The notes beneath the pieces are model-generated. The model was given only the letters and a program-made list of their open reading frames with translations, had not been told where the DNA came from and did no database searches. Shown in pieces: positions 9,901-18,593 of a stretch of 64,000 bases of DNA; within the stretch, counting starts at the first letter, position 1, and every line of letters starts with the position of its first letter. The translations under genes were made by a program, and so were the position numbers. Source of the DNA: a virus. Taxonomy: Duplodnaviria > Caudoviricetes. Where the stretch lies: the IMG/VR virus record IMGVR_UViG_3300021431_004524, positions 171,654 through 235,653 of that record, one strand, 5' to 3'.

Positions 9901-11251
9901 TGAATTGGGTAATAGTAACTATAAGCTACCATCAGCAAATACTAACACACTTACAGTAAGTGCAAGAACGGTTACTCTTACTTGGGGTACGACTTCTTGG
10001 ACTTATGACAAGACGGCACACTCTACTACGTGTACATTGGGTAATGTTGTAAGCGGTGATACGTGTACAGTTACTTTAACAGGTAACTCTATCACTGATG
10101 TCGGTTCAACAACTGTCACAGCAAGTAGCCTAAGCAATAGCAACTATGCATTGCCATCAAGTAAGACCGCAACACTTACAGTGACAGCAAGAACGGTTAC
10201 ACTTACATGGGGTGATGTCACGTGGGTATATGACGGTGCAGCACACAGCACAACATGTAAAGCAGGAAACCTCGCAAGTGGTGATACATGCACTGTGACA
10301 CTTAGTGGTAATAGTATAACCAACAAAGGTACGACAACTGTCACAGCAAGTAGCCTAAGCAATAGCAACTATGCATTGCCATCAAGTAAGACCGCAACAC
10401 TTACAGTGACAGCAAGACAAATCAATGTTACGGCAGGTTCTACCTCTAAGACCTATGACGGTACTGCTTTGACATACAATAGTGCAACAGCAGAGTCTAC
10501 CGGTACTAACAGAGGTCTTGTAAGTGGCCATTCTATGACTTCTTGCACAGTCACAGGCACAATTACCACCAAGGGTTCTGCCGATAATACACCAAGTTCT
10601 GCTGTTATTAAGAGTGGTAGTACAGACGTTACATCAAACTATAGTATTACTTACGTTAAGGGTTCGCTTACCGTTAATGCAAGGGCTGTCACATCTACGG
10701 CTACTGATGAGTCATGGACTTATGACGGAAATGCACATAGTGCTTCTAACACGGGTACTACGACTAACTTGCCAACCGGCCATACAGCAACATACACTTG
10801 CTCAGGTAGTATAACCAATGCAGGTACAGCCACTAAGACATTGAGTAGTGTCGTTATCAAGAACAGTGGTGGAACTGATGTATCGTCAAGTTTCACAATA
10901 ACAAAGAATAACGGTACGTTAACAGTTACTAAGGCAAATATTACTCCATCAGTCTCTATGAATGGATGGGTATGGGGTGAAACAGCACAGAGTCCTTCTG
11001 TAAGTGGCAATAGTGGCAGTGGCGTAGTAACCTATACATACAAGTATCCTGGTACAAGTACTTATACTTCAACTGCTCCGGTTTCTAAATCAGATATCGG
11101 TACATATACAGTTAAAGCCTCTATTGCTGAATCAACAAACTACAACGCAGGCGAAGCAACCAATACATTCTCGATTATTACGAACTTCAAACCAAGTGGT
11201 TCTGATGCTTTAATAACATCTAACGGCCAATACTTCGAAGTTAGTACTTAA
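3974..11251 (+). CDS. Giant 2425-aa Thr/Ser-rich adhesin/tail-associated protein with MBG- and Ig(Big_2)-like repeats
   Basis: Repeats TYNGSAQ, YSSSNTNVATVNSSGQVTIKAAG and ALTITAKxQ. Confidence 0.75.
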   Translation: MARNSEIFLGGDNSTLIYLGEEEHKIYLGSDLVYQPKISIASATVSVGSKTYNGSKQTASSITVTISGKTLTVGEDYQITSNSGGTNVGNYTVTVTGIGLYKDAASGTFTINKVTPTVTAPTAKVLTYNGSAQVLATAGSTNFGTLKYSLDNSTWQTAVPAATNQGSYTLYYKVDGDSNINSVAAKSITCSINAKQVTATVELSQTKYTYNGSAFKPTVTVKDGSTVIPASEYTVTYSNNVNAGTATVTINDNTGGNYEVIGSADFTINKAAGSISYETTTVNKTYGNSAFTNALTKTGDGSVTYSSSNTNVATVNSSGQVTIKAAGSVTITATVTDGTNYAYATKTASYTLSVAKATPTVTAPTAKNLTYNGGAQTLINAGSTTGGTIQYKLGTGSYSTSLPSATNKGSYTVYYKVVGNSNYNDVAEASVTVEIKAKALTITAKDQTVSYGTAITQGTGQVTVSGLVSGDTLTAITLTQSTVNVTTTGTITPSAAATTNGIGNYSVTYTNGKLTITAVEPIKTDPVKIGNLTYNGSAQNLVTAGTSSHGTFSYKLSTASTYGSSIPTGTNAGTYSVDWKFVADANHGGGTVTGTITNISIAQKSLTIAAKKQSVVYGTAITQGTNQVTVTGLVSGDSLTAITLTQSTVNVTTTGTITPSAAATTKGISNYSVTYDTANLTITQKALTITAKAQTVNYGTAITQGTGQVTVTGLVTGDSLTAITLTQSTVNVTTTGTITPSAAATTNGISNYSVTYNTGVLTINKVSASVTKKPTAKSLTYNTEAQALVNAGTANGGTMYYQMTTSNSKPTNTSGFSATIPTGTNAGTYYVWYYVKGDSNHTDTAISETAVTVTINSKAIVIPTPTGVEKTYDGTAASATFSAATGATITKYRYSTDNSSWTESSSNPIQTNHGTLYTQAYYTASANYTGSGWSSSATISIAKAAPTYTAPTAKTGLVYSGSAQALLNAGSTSHGTIQYSSDNTNWGTTIPTGTNVNTYTSYWRLVGDNNHTDVSSKSLSTSIGKVTPTVTAPTAKSLTYTGSAQTLANAASTNFGTLQYSLDDTNWSTTIPTGTNAASYTVYYRVVGNSNINDVASDSITCSIGKAAGSISYATTTVDKTYGNSAFTNALTKTGDGSVTYSSSNTSIATVNTSGQVTIKAAGSATITATVTDGSNYTYATKTASYTLNVAKANLSASVSMDGWTYGGTASSPSVSGNSGGGSVTYSYKVSGAADSTYTTTKPSNAGNYVVRAVIAETANYNGATVTNTFTIAKANPAYTAPTAKTLTYNGSAQALLNAGSTSHGTIQYSSDNSTWGTSIPTGTNATSYTSYWRLVGDSNHKDVSSKSLSTSIGKVTPTVTAPTAKVLTYNGSAQTLANAASTNFGTLKYSLDNSTWQTAVPSATNQGSYTLYYKVDGDSNINSVAAKSIACSINEKEVTATVTLSQSTYTYSGSACTPTVTVKDGSTVIPASEYTVTYSNNVNAGTATVTITDNTGGNYNVTGSATFTINKANGSVTINATAPTYTGNAQSLVTVSGNTGTVHYRVGTSGSWTTTIPTGTGAGNYTVYWYMDASSNYKALNSSSSPASVAVTIAKANPSYEAPTAKTGLVYSGSAQALLNAGSTSHGTIQYSSDNSTWGTSIPTGTNATSYTSYWRLVGDGNHKDVSSKSLSTSIGKASGIAGVSSRSLSYTRGAQNLVTVSGNTGTVHYRVGTSGSWTTTIPTATNAATYTIYYYVDASTNYNGVGSSSSPNNVSTTIAKVTPVLSTSPSLRTGLNYTGSAQNLLSGGAMKHSSSDTTSVAGTFTYTQKTNAGTYTDPTWSFTPTDTTNYNSTSGKITGSVTIAKINPTYNAPTAKSGLVYNGVSQTLYNAGSNTTAGEFSYTSGTRKDAGSQTVSWTFTPTDTTNYNTKTGSFGVTIGQKEVTLSWGTLSWTYDKKEHSTTCTAGSLISGDTCYVTLTGNSITNVGTATVTASELGNSNYKLPSANTNTLTVSARTVTLTWGTTSWTYDKTAHSTTCTLGNVVSGDTCTVTLTGNSITDVGSTTVTASSLSNSNYALPSSKTATLTVTARTVTLTWGDVTWVYDGAAHSTTCKAGNLASGDTCTVTLSGNSITNKGTTTVTASSLSNSNYALPSSKTATLTVTARQINVTAGSTSKTYDGTALTYNSATAESTGTNRGLVSGHSMTSCTVTGTITTKGSADNTPSSAVIKSGSTDVTSNYSITYVKGSLTVNARAVTSTATDESWTYDGNAHSASNTGTTTNLPTGHTATYTCSGSITNAGTATKTLSSVVIKNSGGTDVSSSFTITKNNGTLTVTKANITPSVSMNGWVWGETAQSPSVSGNSGSGVVTYTYKYPGTSTYTSTAPVSKSDIGTYTVKASIAESTNYNAGEATNTFSIITNFKPSGSDALITSNGQYFEVST
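4310..10416 (+). repeat. Near-identical DNA repeat blocks inside the adhesin gene
   Basis: Approximate blocks: 4310-4790 vs 8036-8510; 4781-5040 vs 7290-7550; 5285-6265 (3 copies); 6800/7790/8760 (3 copies); 8575 vs 9075; 10110 vs 10335. Confidence 0.85.
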
Positions 11252-11298
11252 ATAATTTAAAATAATTCATTAATAAACAATATAAATAAATTTTAAAT

Positions 11299-11688
11299 AT
11301 GGCACAATATTCAAGTAGTTATACAGGTGCGCAAATTGACAGTGCTGCTAGTGAAACTGCATTCAATAATAGTATCGCAACCGGTACTACCGTAGCAAGC
11401 ATGTCATCTTCAAGTAGGATTAACATCATAACCGTTTCGAGTGGAACTTCTCAAACCCTTTCGTTCAGTTCGGCTTTAGCCGCTGGACGAGAGATACAGA
11501 TTATAATAAAAGCCAACGGTGTAAAAGCACAAATATCCATCCCGCATGACGGTTCTACTTGGTTCAATACAGTAGATGGCGAAGGTAAGACAATGACGGT
11601 TGCAAGCGGTAAATTAGGTGAAATCAATGTAATTAATGCAGGTACAAGCACATCACCTGTATATTATGTCCGTTACATCGGCGCATAA
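11299..11688 (+). CDS. Small tail-fibre tip-like protein
   Basis: C-terminus GKLGEINVI...YVRYIGA is paralogous to the C-terminus of 12958. Confidence 0.55.
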   Translation: MAQYSSSYTGAQIDSAASETAFNNSIATGTTVASMSSSSRINIITVSSGTSQTLSFSSALAAGREIQIIIKANGVKAQISIPHDGSTWFNTVDGEGKTMTVASGKLGEINVINAGTSTSPVYYVRYIGA

Positions 11689-11725
11689 TAAATTAAAATA
11701 AAAACAAAATACTATAAATTAAAAT

Positions 11726-12349
11726 ATGGCAAGATACACGTATATTAAAAGAGACGTAATTGATTATTATGTCGAATGTAATGAATTGTTATCTCCATCG
11801 TTTTTTCCAATCGGTGAGACTTGGGTTGACTTTATAAACAATAAATATGTTCTCCTTTCTGATGAACAGGTTGCATTCCGTGAGGCTAATCCAGATGCGA
11901 CAGTTCAGGAGGTTTGGGATATGCAACTTACCCCTCCTCACGTAAGGACACTTGAAGAGGCCAAGGCTGAAATGATTCAGAGAATTGTTGAATACGATTC
12001 ATCCGACAATGTTAATGCTTTCATAATAAATGATTCCGTGAAGGCTTGGTTCACTGCCGATGAACGTGCAAATTATCGTAACTCAATTGATTCTGCTGAA
12101 ACACTCGGTATTGAAGAACTGACATTTTTTGCCGGCAATATGTTGGTTACAGTACCAACAGCAAACGCTAAGATAATGCTTGCACAGATTCAGTTATATG
12201 CCGACCAGTGCTACATTGTAACACAGTTGCACAAGGATACTGTTAACAACCTTGAGACAATTGAGGCAGTTGATGCATTCGACTATACAAGCGGTTATCC
12301 TGAAATGCCTTCATTCGTAATTGAAGATATTGTAACTAATGAGGAATAA
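11726..12349 (+). CDS. DUF4376-like tail fibre assembly protein, copy 1
   Basis: TLEEAKAEMI...LAQIQLYADQCY...AVDAFDYTSGYP. Confidence 0.65.
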   Translation: MARYTYIKRDVIDYYVECNELLSPSFFPIGETWVDFINNKYVLLSDEQVAFREANPDATVQEVWDMQLTPPHVRTLEEAKAEMIQRIVEYDSSDNVNAFIINDSVKAWFTADERANYRNSIDSAETLGIEELTFFAGNMLVTVPTANAKIMLAQIQLYADQCYIVTQLHKDTVNNLETIEAVDAFDYTSGYPEMPSFVIEDIVTNEE

Positions 12350-12389
12350 CACCATTTTTATAAAATAAAAGATAACACAATAAATATAA

Positions 12390-12920
12390 ATGGCAAATAA
12401 ACACTTACAGCACGTAAAGAGTAACGATGTCAATAATGGTAGTCCGAAACTTCCTACTACTGACCAAATTTTACTTGGCGAGATTGGTATTAACTATGCT
12501 CATGGTTATGAACGTATGTCCATTAAGAACGATGCCAATAAAATTGTTGAGTTCGTTTCAAAGGAATATGTTGATACATCGGCAGGCCAAGCGGCTAATG
12601 TGAAAGAAGTTCAGATTGGTGGAACTACTCCTTCAGGGGATAATACCATAGACATCTTCGTTGATACGTCAGTTGACCCTATTTCTGTTGATGTATATAG
12701 CAAACAGCAGATTGACACAAAGGTTGAAGCATTACAAGGAAAAGATGATGACATTCAGGAAAAAATCGACAATATGATTGTTATCGGAGAAAACCCGACA
12801 ACCGATACAGACACCGAAATAATCATCGATACATCTGAATCACCAGCAATCGCAGTGTATACCCAGGCACAAGTCGATGCGATTATTCAGAAACTTAAAG
12901 ACGATAATCACCTTATTTAA
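12390..12920 (+). CDS. Tail fibre-associated protein (MANKH family, copy 2)
   Basis: N-terminal ~60 aa paralogous to 2827. Confidence 0.55.
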   Translation: MANKHLQHVKSNDVNNGSPKLPTTDQILLGEIGINYAHGYERMSIKNDANKIVEFVSKEYVDTSAGQAANVKEVQIGGTTPSGDNTIDIFVDTSVDPISVDVYSKQQIDTKVEALQGKDDDIQEKIDNMIVIGENPTTDTDTEIIIDTSESPAIAVYTQAQVDAIIQKLKDDNHLI

Positions 12921-12957
12921 ATAGAAAATAATATTTATTAATATATTTTAAGAAAAA

Positions 12958-14946
12958 ATGGCAGTATTAAAATACAAAAATGGTTCGGGACAGTATGTTC
13001 CCATCTCAAATTATACCGTTCAGCCTATTGACCCCGTTCAAACGACTGGTAGTTCTACCACAGCAATTATGTCTCAGAACGCAGTTACGGTAGCCCTTAA
13101 CGCTAAGGCAAACTCTGCTGATGTCTATACACAAACAGAGGCTAATAACCTTATCTTTGGACAGAATACCGTTCCAAGCGGAACCGGTGCCGCAACAAAC
13201 GTACAGCAACTTATCAATAAGACCGTCTATGGTACAACAACACCTTCTTCTGCTCAGAAAGAAGCAAACGTCGTAACAACTGAGAATCTTGCGACTACTC
13301 TTAGCGGATATGCAACAACAAGTGCCATCGCAGACTTCTTCGACGGTGCGGAATATACAAACGGTACAGGTACACTTGCAGGCAAGAAAGTAATTGCCTT
13401 CAAACATGGCTCTACTGTTAAGGTTCAACTCGATGCGACAGACTTCGTTAAGGACGGCATGCTTACAAATGCAGAAATAAAGGACGTTACCATCTCAGGA
13501 CAAAGCGTTAAATGCCTTGTGCTTACATTCAATACCGATTCAGGTAAGAGCGACATCAATATTCCTGTTGAGGATATTTTTGATGCAAGCAACTATGTTG
13601 CAAAGGGTGAAGTTGATGAAATCGTCGCTGAGTCAGTGGCAGAAGCAGTGTCTCCTGAAGGAGGTACTCAAACAGAGGCTCAGAAAGCATTAACAGATGC
13701 GATTTCTGATGCCGTCGCAAAGGCTATCAAAGATGCTCTTGCTCCCGGTTCACAAGATACGACAGTTGTTCAGCAGATTGATAACACTATTACTAAGTAT
13801 GTATATACACCTCAAGGTGGTAGCCAAATACAACTTACTGATGTAATGACTGCAAGCCATACACATAGTAATATGGGTGTATTGGAAGGTATTACAGCAG
13901 AAAAGGTTAGTGCATGGGATAACGCATCTGCCGGTGGCGTAACTAATGTTTCATATAACACGACTGACAAGGAAATTACTAAGACAGTAGGTGGAAAAAC
14001 AACTTCAGTCGTAAGTGTTGCTACCTTGAAGACCGACATGAGACTTTCAAGCACAGATGTCGGCCTCGGTAACGTAGGTAACTTCAAGGCCGTTTCAACA
14101 CTTGCAAACCAGGGACTTACTTCAGCAGAACAAGCAAATGCACGTGCAAACATCGGTGCCGGCACTTCTACATTCAGTGGTAATTACAGCGATTTGAATG
14201 GTAAACCTGCTCTCGGTGATGCCGCAGCAAAAGCCGTTGACACTTCAATTGATGCTTCAAGTTCATCAACAAATATCCCAACTTCATCAGCAGTCGCAAG
14301 TTTCGTTGAAGGTAAGGGTTATTCAACCACTAATACAACTTATAAACTTACTATCGGTGATACCACAAACGGTGATAGTGCTAACGGTGTAGACCTTGGT
14401 ACACTTAAAAGCAAGGCAGCAGCCGCTTCAGGCACAGAGCTTTCACTTGTTACAACCGGTGAGAAGGATGTTTGGAACAACAAACAGGATGCTATTGCGT
14501 TCAACACTGCTTATAACGCAAACACCAACAAGGCCGCAACAATGAGTGATGTGCCAAAAATCGGTACAGCTGCCGGAACCGCATTTGACGGTGCTGACGG
14601 TGCTACTGCAAAGGCCGAAACAGATTTCTTGACAGGTTCTAACGGTACAGACACGACTCCACTTACAAGCGTTGCAAATATTCCTGTCGACAAACGTCTT
14701 GTACGTGTAAATCTTAGTGGCGATGATAATTTCACCCTGGAAAGTTTACCTGCTGCCGGACATGAAATACATATCATCGTTAAGGCAACTGACGCAGTTA
14801 CAATTACCATACCATCTAGCACATCTGAGAATTTCTATGAGTGTCTGAATGACAGCACATCAATGAATATTGCAAGTGGCAAATACGGTGAAATCAACGT
14901 AATCTCAGATGGCGATAAAGCATATATCCGTTATCTTGGCGCATAA
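12958..14946 (+). CDS. Tail fibre protein
   Basis: VQTTGSSTTAIMSQNAVT, DVGLGNVGN, QANARANIGA, FSGNYSDL and WNNKQDA fibre motifs. Confidence 0.75.
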   Translation: MAVLKYKNGSGQYVPISNYTVQPIDPVQTTGSSTTAIMSQNAVTVALNAKANSADVYTQTEANNLIFGQNTVPSGTGAATNVQQLINKTVYGTTTPSSAQKEANVVTTENLATTLSGYATTSAIADFFDGAEYTNGTGTLAGKKVIAFKHGSTVKVQLDATDFVKDGMLTNAEIKDVTISGQSVKCLVLTFNTDSGKSDINIPVEDIFDASNYVAKGEVDEIVAESVAEAVSPEGGTQTEAQKALTDAISDAVAKAIKDALAPGSQDTTVVQQIDNTITKYVYTPQGGSQIQLTDVMTASHTHSNMGVLEGITAEKVSAWDNASAGGVTNVSYNTTDKEITKTVGGKTTSVVSVATLKTDMRLSSTDVGLGNVGNFKAVSTLANQGLTSAEQANARANIGAGTSTFSGNYSDLNGKPALGDAAAKAVDTSIDASSSSTNIPTSSAVASFVEGKGYSTTNTTYKLTIGDTTNGDSANGVDLGTLKSKAAAASGTELSLVTTGEKDVWNNKQDAIAFNTAYNANTNKAATMSDVPKIGTAAGTAFDGADGATAKAETDFLTGSNGTDTTPLTSVANIPVDKRLVRVNLSGDDNFTLESLPAAGHEIHIIVKATDAVTITIPSSTSENFYECLNDSTSMNIASGKYGEINVISDGDKAYIRYLGA

Positions 14947-14984
14947 TATTACATATAATAAAAATTATAAACTGATAATATAAA

Positions 14985-15632
14985 ATGGCAAAATATACAT
15001 ATATTAAAAGAGATGCAGTAGGCTTTTACGTAGAACTTGATAAACTGCTTACAAGTGATTTGTACTCAGACCTTGGCACGACATGGGAAGACTTCATCGA
15101 TTTCAAATGGGTTCTCCTTTCTGATGAACAGGTCGCATTCCATGAGGCTAATCCGGATGCGACAGTTCAGGAGGTTTGGAATATGCAACTTACCCCTCCT
15201 CACGTAAGGACTCTTGAAGAGGCAAAGGCTGAAATGATTCAGAGAATCGATGAATATGACCGAAGTTCAAATATTAATGGCTTCACAGTTAATCATGAAA
15301 TCGAAGGCTGGCTTACGGCAGATGAGAGAAGTAACTACCGTTCTTCAATCGAATCGTCTGAATTGTTAGGTGTTGAGACACTTTCATTCTATGTCGGTGA
15401 CTACCTTATGGAAGTAACGACACAGGATGCTAAGTATATGCTTGCACAGATTCAGTTATATGCCGACCAGTGCTATATGGTAACGAAACAGCATAAACTT
15501 TCGGTTGAGGCTCTTGATACAATCGAGGCAGTTGATGCATTCGACTATACAAGCGGTTATCCGCAGAAACTTAACTTCGAGGTTGAAACTGAGAATGTTG
15601 AGGAAGTGCCAAGTGAACCAGCAGGAGAGTAA
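14985..15632 (+). CDS. DUF4376-like tail fibre assembly protein, copy 2
   Basis: Paralog of 11726 with near-identical DNA blocks. Confidence 0.65.
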   Translation: MAKYTYIKRDAVGFYVELDKLLTSDLYSDLGTTWEDFIDFKWVLLSDEQVAFHEANPDATVQEVWNMQLTPPHVRTLEEAKAEMIQRIDEYDRSSNINGFTVNHEIEGWLTADERSNYRSSIESSELLGVETLSFYVGDYLMEVTTQDAKYMLAQIQLYADQCYMVTKQHKLSVEALDTIEAVDAFDYTSGYPQKLNFEVETENVEEVPSEPAGE

Positions 15633-15668
15633 TCACAATTCATGACGTTATTCATACCTATATATAAT

Positions 15669-15703
15669 AAATGCGGCCATTTTTCTTGACCGCATTTATT
15701 TTT
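15669..15703. terminator. Bidirectional terminator between convergent genes
   Basis: AAATGCGG...CCGCATTT with flanking A/T runs. Confidence 0.7.
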
Positions 15704-15764
15704 GTTAATAACATTTCACTTATCCAAAAACACTTATAAGAAATACTATACTATTTTTATAAAA

Positions 15765-17040
15765 TTATGCCGATTGTGGTGCATATATCACAGCACGGAC
15801 ATTATAGTAAGATTTTTTATATAGAGTAGAGGTTATTTGTGCGGTACTACCAGACCATTGTCCGCCATAGCATTTAGTGGCATCTGTTTCGCGCCCCCCC
15901 TAAAACCGGATAAAAATATTTAGTGGTATTAACACCCCATTTATTATGTAGTGAAACAAGTGCTAAATGAGGACCGTCATAACTGGTATCATATCTATTG
16001 CAAATAATCCTTGCCATACTACCTGTTGGCAGACACCAGTCACCTTGATTTGTCCCTGTTGTATGATATCTCCAACAGCACTGTGCCGCCGGATGTATGT
16101 ATTGACTATTAGTTGTGTTAGTTATTTTACTTGCTGTTTTCCATGCCGTACTATTTGAATTATCTACTGCAAGTATTTTTGCTGATAATTGTTCCGGTGT
16201 ATCACTGCCTGTCATTCCACCAATAGTATAGCCATCGCCACCGTAACATGGAGAGTTACTTGAAGAATTGCCGGCATTACCGGTATCTGGCGTATAATAA
16301 GACATCGTATTTAATGAATAATAATAGTCGCCACTACATTTAATTCCAATCGGTATTACACCAGATGGTATTTCTGTCATACTATATACTTTTTTATCTG
16401 AACATAGAATATTATTATACCATCCAGAATCTGCAGGATATTGACCAATATACACATAAGCACTTTTATTAAGTGTCTTATGTGTTGCCCGTACAGAAAC
16501 ACTTCTGTATGAACCACTATAAAAATCTTCTGTGGCTTTTATGTATTGATAACGACCTGACTGGTTTGAAAAAGTAAGCCATGTTATGTTTTTGCCAAAC
16601 GTCCAATTATAATCAGATGCCGTTCCATAACTAACGCTCACATATTTGGCATTCTCGTTTGGATTAACAAATGCCGCCAAAGATACAGCACCATAATTAT
16701 TTACGTCGTGCAAAGTAAGTTTTACACTACCTTCATTTTGCGTAAGTTCTAATTCTACGGTTTCACCTTGATATGTAATTGTAACAGTGCCACTCCTACT
16801 ATTGGCAATATCAGTATTTTCTTGATAGGATATTGAAATATATCCGTTACTTTTATAATATGATGCGGATGATATCCATGTTTCGCTTTTTGATACGGTA
16901 ACGCCGTCATCTTTTAATAATTCTCCACCATAATATATATTCACAGTAAAACCACCGCTTGTACCGGATACCGTTTTTTGATTATATTCCAACGTTAAAC
17001 CGTTTTTAGTTTCATTTATTAACAATTCTCTTCTTCTCAT
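15765..17040 (-). pseudogene. MRRR-family BACON + C-type-lectin-like protein, frameshifted at a G7 tract (annotated ORF stops at 15874; full length would end at 15765)
   Basis: BACON-like repeats (SRSGTVTITY) and HPAAQCC...GDWCLPT. Removing one G at 15894-15900 gives RETDATKCY...YYNVRAVIYAPQSA*. Confidence 0.7.
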
Positions 17041-17098
17041 TTAAAGTATAGTATATATAGTTTTATTTTTTTTAATATATTTTATTAAAATTTGTATA

Positions 17099-17123
17099 AT
17101 AGTCACTAATTATTAGTGACTAT
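17099..17123. promoter_or_regulatory. Perfect palindrome (12-bp arms) with core CTAAT-W-ATTAG upstream of an MRRR gene
   Basis: ATAGTCACTAAT-T-ATTAGTGACTAT; same core at 53774-53802. Confidence 0.6.
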
Positions 17124-17141
17124 ATATACTTTTTTATAAAA

Positions 17142-18593
17142 ATGAGAAGAAGAAATTTGTTATTTAGTGCCGGCAGTGTGTCACCGGATGGTATAACTTA
17201 TGAATACGTTGACATGGGATTGTCCGTTAAATGGGCAACATTTGATGTCGGGGCAACAAAAGTCGGTGAATACGGAAAATACTTCCAATGGGGCGATATT
17301 CAAGGTTATGCTTCCTCAGAAGTAGGCTCAGGAGACGGTAAAAAGTACTTTGAATGGAATGATTACAAATATTGTAATGGTAGTTATGACACCTTAACTA
17401 AGTACAATAATAATTCATCATATGGTACTGTGGATAATAAAACCGTACTTGAATCAAGTGACGATGCGGCAACATTCAACATGGGTAAGGGATGGAGGAT
17501 GCCTACAGAAGCAGAATACACTGAACTTATCAATGCATGTAATCAAACTTGGGACAGTACAAATAAATGGCGTATATTCACGCTGAAAACTGATAGTACC
17601 AAGAAAGTTGTTTTTCCTGCTTCCGGCCTCGGCATCAGTGGTGGCCTCGGCGGCCGAGGTTATAGCGGCTATTTTTGGTCTTCGTCCCTTAGCACGTCGG
17701 ACCCGGTCAACGGGCACTACCTCAGCGTGGACAGGAGCAATGGTGTCGTGTACAACAGCTACCGTTTCTACGGCTTCTGCGTCCGGGGCGTATATAGAGA
17801 ACCAGGTAATCCAATGCCGCCAATGAGTGTGTTATTTGTAAACAAAAACGATACGACACAGAAACAAATATTTGAAAAAAATAATTGGCCGTCAGCTTCC
17901 GATTGGACACCAATCGGTATCGTAGTTGTTCCTGCTTCACATAACCGCTATGGAGATAAAACGAATGGTATTATGTCACTTGGTTGTCTAAATACTGATG
18001 GTACGATGCAGACAACAGGAACGACAAATAATGTGACAATGCAGTGGGGTGGAATTGGAACAGACACTTCTCTGAGTAATTATACTACTTGTGATGGAAG
18101 TAATGAAAGAGGTTATCTTCAGTTCCAAGCCAATAGCAGTTCTACTGCCTTGTCATACGCTGACACACCTAATATAACATATCCATACACCGACCTAACT
18201 GCTACTGAGCACAACGTTATAAGCGTTGGCTCTTTAAGTGATTATGACGGTGTTGGAAACACCAATATACTGAATGCTTCAGCATCAACGTACATTGCAG
18301 CAGCGGCTTGCAAGAAATTCAAGACAAGTGGCACAAGTGCTGGCGATTGGTATCTTCCAGCTGCTGGTGAGTTGGCATATCTTCCAAGCATAAGGTATCA
18401 AGTGAATGACACGATAAGTGCATTGAATACTAAGTATGGTAATGTTGGTGTTCAGTTGGATACATATCAATACTATTGGTCGAGTTCAGAGTACAGTAGC
18501 GGCTACGCTTGGCTCGTGGCTATGGACAATGGTAACGTGGACGGCTACGCTAAGAACAGCTACTTCTATGTTAGGGCGTTCTTGAGGTTTTAG
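17142..18593 (+). CDS. MRRR-family protein with two tandem CLec-like domains; DGR target-like
   Basis: Domain 1: YVDMGLSVKWA, WRMPT, YFWSSS...GFCVRGV. Domain 2: GDWYLPAAGEL, YYWSSSE...VRAF. Confidence 0.8.
   Translation: MRRRNLLFSAGSVSPDGITYEYVDMGLSVKWATFDVGATKVGEYGKYFQWGDIQGYASSEVGSGDGKKYFEWNDYKYCNGSYDTLTKYNNNSSYGTVDNKTVLESSDDAATFNMGKGWRMPTEAEYTELINACNQTWDSTNKWRIFTLKTDSTKKVVFPASGLGISGGLGGRGYSGYFWSSSLSTSDPVNGHYLSVDRSNGVVYNSYRFYGFCVRGVYREPGNPMPPMSVLFVNKNDTTQKQIFEKNNWPSASDWTPIGIVVVPASHNRYGDKTNGIMSLGCLNTDGTMQTTGTTNNVTMQWGGIGTDTSLSNYTTCDGSNERGYLQFQANSSSTALSYADTPNITYPYTDLTATEHNVISVGSLSDYDGVGNTNILNASASTYIAAAACKKFKTSGTSAGDWYLPAAGELAYLPSIRYQVNDTISALNTKYGNVGVQLDTYQYYWSSSEYSSGYAWLVAMDNGNVDGYAKNSYFYVRAFLRF
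17618..17793 (+). other. DGR-like variable region 1 (internal)
   Basis: Abrupt GC-rich island of NNC codons, as expected from an AAC-rich template, ending in CGG GGC GT. Confidence 0.65.

Noticed and set aside
5088-14822. Antisense and alternate-frame ORFs within the tail and adhesin genes
   Set aside because: Explained by the codon bias of Thr/Ser/Ala-rich sense genes
17454-17940. Overlapping alternative ORFs (17454-, 17608+, 17722-)
   Set aside because: By-products of the GC-rich VR1 island, which lacks stop codons
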